Of a DNA stretch of 62,527 bases, positions 59,749-62,527 are shown in pieces. Position 1 is the stretch's first letter; each line of letters begins with the position of its first letter. The translations under genes were made by a program, and so were the position numbers. Origin of the DNA: an uncultured bacterium (lineage in GTDB: Bacteria > CAZDME01 > JAYEMH01); the NCBI GenBank assembly GCA_964506075.1, contig CAZDKO010000005.1, forward strand, positions 1 to 62,527, read 5' to 3'. The notes below the pieces were generated by a model. The model was not told the DNA's origin. It saw only the letters and a list, made by a program, of their open reading frames with translations, and made no database searches.

Positions 59749-60567
59749 TCATTTCCAAACGTCGGGAATATCCTTTAATTGTTCCCAGGTAAATACCGGG
59801 CCATCTTTACAAACATAATACTTACCCAGCATACAATGGCCGCATTTTCCTACCCCACAGGACATATTTTTTTCCATGGAAAGATAAATATTTCCGGGAC
59901 TATATCCCATTTGAAGCACTTTTAAAGTGACAAAACGCATCATTATCGGCGGACCGCAAATCACAGCAACACTGTTTTTTAAATCAACTTTAACCTTGTC
60001 AAGCAGCACCGTGACCACGCCTTCTTCTTCCCGCCAAGAGGAATCTTTCCGGTCAACCGTAAGATGCATCTCTATTTTTTTCTTCCATTCGGGAAGTAAC
60101 TTTTTATAAAGAATATCTTCAGGCGTTCTGGCTCCATAACAAAGGATGACCCTTTTATACCGGTCCAGTTCGGCAAATAGAGTATAAAGAAGAGAACGTA
60201 AAGGTGCCAGTCCCACCCCTCCACCCACAATGAGAATTTCTTTACCATGAAAATCACCCAGAGGATATCCTTTTCCATAAGGACCTCTTAAACCAATTCG
60301 GTCGCCGGCTTTTAACTGATGGATAATATTGGTTACCCGCCCGGCATTCATTATCGTCACATCCATCTTTTTTTCTTCCAGTGGTGATGAAGAGGGGGTA
60401 AAGGGGGCTTCTCCAATCCCCGGGACGGTTAATTCTATAAACTGCCCGGTGCTGAAAGGAAGAGGTTGCTCCGGACGTAAAACCAGCGTTTTTATCGTCG
60501 GGGTCTCGACAATAACCTCTTCAATCCCTGCCGGAATAAGGTGATAAAGATTTTCTGTTTTATTCAT
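59749..60567 (-). CDS. FAD/NAD(P)-binding FNR-like subunit with [2Fe-2S] (AsrB / sulfhydrogenase gamma-like)
   Basis: GQF...GEAPF, RGPYG, GGGVGLAPLRS, CGPPIM and MSCGVGKCGHC...VCKDGPVF. Confidence 0.88.
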   Translation of the reverse strand: MNKTENLYHLIPAGIEEVIVETPTIKTLVLRPEQPLPFSTGQFIELTVPGIGEAPFTPSSSPLEEKKMDVTIMNAGRVTNIIHQLKAGDRIGLRGPYGKGYPLGDFHGKEILIVGGGVGLAPLRSLLYTLFAELDRYKRVILCYGARTPEDILYKKLLPEWKKKIEMHLTVDRKDSSWREEEGVVTVLLDKVKVDLKNSVAVICGPPIMMRFVTLKVLQMGYSPGNIYLSMEKNMSCGVGKCGHCMLGKYYVCKDGPVFTWEQLKDIPDVWK

Positions 60568-61630
60568 TTTTAGGTTCGCCTTTACACTCGTCTATCTTCT
60601 TGAAAACTTCCCGCATATCAATTCTTCCCATACAGGCATCAATACAACGCCCGCATCCGGTACAGGCAATTAAATTATAGCCGTCGGGAAAATAAGCGAA
60701 TTTATGGGCTAAACGGTGCCGGACTCTTTCCGACAATTTCTTGCGCGGATTTTCTCCGCCGGCTACCCGGGCAAAATTTAAAAACTGACAAGAGTCCCAA
60801 ATTTTCATTTTAAGAAACTCATCCACCTCTTTTTTCTTACCTTCATAAAGCAGGAAACAATAACAGGTCGGACAAATATTGGTACAGGCCCCGCACTCAA
60901 TACAATCCTGGGCTGTCTCTTTCCATTGAGGGGATTCATAGTTCTCTTTCATTATTTGAGTAAGAGGTTTTTTGAATCCGAATTTTTCGTTAACTTCTTC
61001 CAGTTTCTTGAGGCATTTGGTTCTATTTTCTTCCCGTAATTTTATCTCCTCCGCCTCTGCATACCGAAAAAATTCCTTACCCTGATTGACTAAACGCTCT
61101 CCTTTTTCTGAACCTATTTCAATAATAAAACCGTCTTTAGAGGGAGAAAGATTTAAATCAAAACCATCTTTAGGGTAAGGTCCACCCTCAACCAAGTGAC
61201 AGAAACAGGTCTCACAGACACTAAAACAATCAGCGCTGATTAAAATCGTGGACTCCCGTCTTTTTTTATACTCCGGATCCGCCAGATCACCCTGACCAAA
61301 AATAACATCCCAGACCTTAAGAGAAGCCAGGTCACAGGCTTTTACCCCCCATAGAATTTGTTTCGGAAGAGGTTTTTGGGGAACATCTGAAGTCTTGCCA
61401 AAATAACCGGCGGCTATCTCCTTGGGAGGAAAGAAAAATGTCTTTAAGGGTTCAAGCGGTCTTTTCTCCAGGTTATAATGATAAGAATCAAGCTCATTTT
61501 TTACTTCGCGCCAATGACATCTTTCCCCTTCCTCAACCGGAGCAAAAAACAAATCGACGTTTTGAGCGATGTTTCTCATAAAATCAGATAATTTATCTTG
61601 AGGAATGTATAACAATGTTTCTTTTTTCAT
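60560..61630 (-). CDS. Fe-S subunit (AsrA / sulfhydrogenase beta-like)
   Basis: GVKACD, CETCFC, CIECGACTNICPTCYC, WDSC and CTGCGRCIDAC. Confidence 0.88.
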   Translation of the reverse strand: MKKETLLYIPQDKLSDFMRNIAQNVDLFFAPVEEGERCHWREVKNELDSYHYNLEKRPLEPLKTFFFPPKEIAAGYFGKTSDVPQKPLPKQILWGVKACDLASLKVWDVIFGQGDLADPEYKKRRESTILISADCFSVCETCFCHLVEGGPYPKDGFDLNLSPSKDGFIIEIGSEKGERLVNQGKEFFRYAEAEEIKLREENRTKCLKKLEEVNEKFGFKKPLTQIMKENYESPQWKETAQDCIECGACTNICPTCYCFLLYEGKKKEVDEFLKMKIWDSCQFLNFARVAGGENPRKKLSERVRHRLAHKFAYFPDGYNLIACTGCGRCIDACMGRIDMREVFKKIDECKGEPKNE

Positions 61631-62263
61631 TTAGATTCCCGGTGAAGACAGAAAATATGTTAAGCCTTCAAGTTCTGTTGACAGATCAACGTTACGGCAC
61701 TTTGTCCCTTTTACCATAGATACTTTAAGCGGGGCAAAGTTAAGAATCGCTTTTATCCCTGATGAAGTCAGACAATTTATAACCTCTATAGCGCTTTCCT
61801 CCGGCACAGCGACAATACCAATGTCTATCTTTACTGTTTCCGCTATCTTTTTAAAATCCCTGAAATCTTTAATGGTAAGCGTTCCTTTTTGCCGTCCGAC
61901 TTTTCTCTTGTCAATATCGAATGCCGCTACAATTCTAAAACCTCTTTTAGCAAATCCTTTATAGGCCATTAAGGCTGACCCCAGGTTTCCGGTTCCGATT
62001 ACCGCTACCCGCCAGAGTCTGTTTAATCCCAGGATTTTCTTTAAATTTTCTTCTAGATTATCAACCGCATAACCCTGGCCACGAATGCCAAATTGTCCAA
62101 AATAAGCCAGGTCTTTACGCACCTGGTCGGAATTAAGACCCACCCTTTCCCCTAAAATAAGAGAAGAGGTATATCTTGTCCCTTCTTCTTTTATTTTTTC
62201 AATGATTCTAAGATAAGAGGAAAGTCGGGTGATGGTAGTCTCGGGAATTTTCACCTTATTCAT
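61631..62263 (-). CDS. rex: Redox-sensing transcriptional repressor Rex
   Basis: IPETTITRLSSY, RKDLAYFGQFGIRGQGY, IGTGNLG and ILNFAP. Confidence 0.96.
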   Translation of the reverse strand: MNKVKIPETTITRLSSYLRIIEKIKEEGTRYTSSLILGERVGLNSDQVRKDLAYFGQFGIRGQGYAVDNLEENLKKILGLNRLWRVAVIGTGNLGSALMAYKGFAKRGFRIVAAFDIDKRKVGRQKGTLTIKDFRDFKKIAETVKIDIGIVAVPEESAIEVINCLTSSGIKAILNFAPLKVSMVKGTKCRNVDLSTELEGLTYFLSSPGI

Positions 62264-62272
62264 CTTATGGCT

Positions 62273-62290
62273 TTGTGAATTTTTTCACAA
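62273..62290. promoter_or_regulatory. Rex operator (ROP)
   Basis: Perfect TTGTGAA-TTTT-TTCACAA palindrome, matching the established Rex box, about 10 bp upstream of the rex start. Confidence 0.92.
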
Positions 62291-62298
62291 GTGATATA

Positions 62299-62327
62299 AA
62301 TTTAACATACCATTCATTGTTTGTCAA
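62299..62327 (-). promoter_or_regulatory. Sigma70 promoter of the rex-hydrogenase operon
   Basis: TTGACA (62327-62322), 17 bp, TGtTAAATT (TAAATT at 62304-62299). The operator sits just downstream of the predicted start site. Confidence 0.7.
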
Positions 62328-62366
62328 GGGGATTTTAAACCTATTGGAAACTACCTAATAAATAAT

Positions 62367-62527
62367 CTATCGGTAACTCATAGAAAATAAACCTTCTATT
62401 ACCAGTTTGGCCGCGGTAATAGAGGTAATCTGGGCCGGGTCAAAAGGAGGGCTAACCTCTACTAAATCCATCCCGACAATGGAAAAATCTTTTAAAAAAT
62501 GGATAAAATCCCATATTTCAGCAAATT
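62367..62527 (-). CDS. 3' end of an agmatinase/arginase-family ureohydrolase (partial, runs off the window)
   Basis: Translates as ...IVGMDLVEVSPPFDPAQITSITAAKLVIEGLFSMSYR*, the typical ureohydrolase C-terminus. Confidence 0.8.
   Translation of the reverse strand, partial: FAEIWDFIHFLKDFSIVGMDLVEVSPPFDPAQITSITAAKLVIEGLFSMSYR

Noticed and set aside
59749-61630. Anaerobic sulfite reductase (asrABC)
   Set aside because: No siroheme-binding AsrC gene is present.

Overview
This is a gene-dense, AT-rich bacterial window with three parts and no rRNA, tRNA, CRISPR array or mobile element visible. (1) 73-38799, all on the minus strand, is one apparent ~38.8-kb operon behind a consensus sigma70 promoter. 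It starts like an ABC-exported surface-glycan locus: GT4, a WecA/MraY-like initiating transferase, a UGM-like flavoprotein, Wzm, and a giant 1663-aa Wzt. It then continues with 17 radical SAM genes carrying 19 rSAM domains: 12 diverged paralogues of one ~330-360 aa rSAM/twitch family, a triple-rSAM polyprotein with a CBM-like insert, two B12-binding rSAMs and two further rSAM/twitch proteins. Two paralogous GT-C membrane proteins and an Fe-S aldo/keto reductase are interspersed. An unrecognised ~220-aa beta-rich domain occurs six times in the Wzt tail and once at the N-terminus of each of two rSAM enzymes, linking exporter and enzymes. This is the best candidate for an undescribed system: a radical-chemistry glycan-tailoring line coupled to export (inference). 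(2) 39028-48886 holds housekeeping genes (suhB, DUF72, ligA, pfkA, an NSS transporter with a small unannotated partner ORF, a TMTC-like TPR protein, a GNAT and a lipoprotein). It also holds an unannotated ~220-nt structured RNA with its own promoter and U-tract. (3) 48896-62290 is a Rex-controlled operon with a perfect Rex box. It encodes AsrA/AsrB-like (sulfhydrogenase beta/gamma) NAD(P)H modules, a 13-subunit Mrp-linked group 4 [NiFe]-hydrogenase, HycI and HypA. The 3' end of an agmatinase-like gene lies at the right edge. Gene content indicates an anaerobe; an Omnitrophota/PVC-like origin is an unverified impression.
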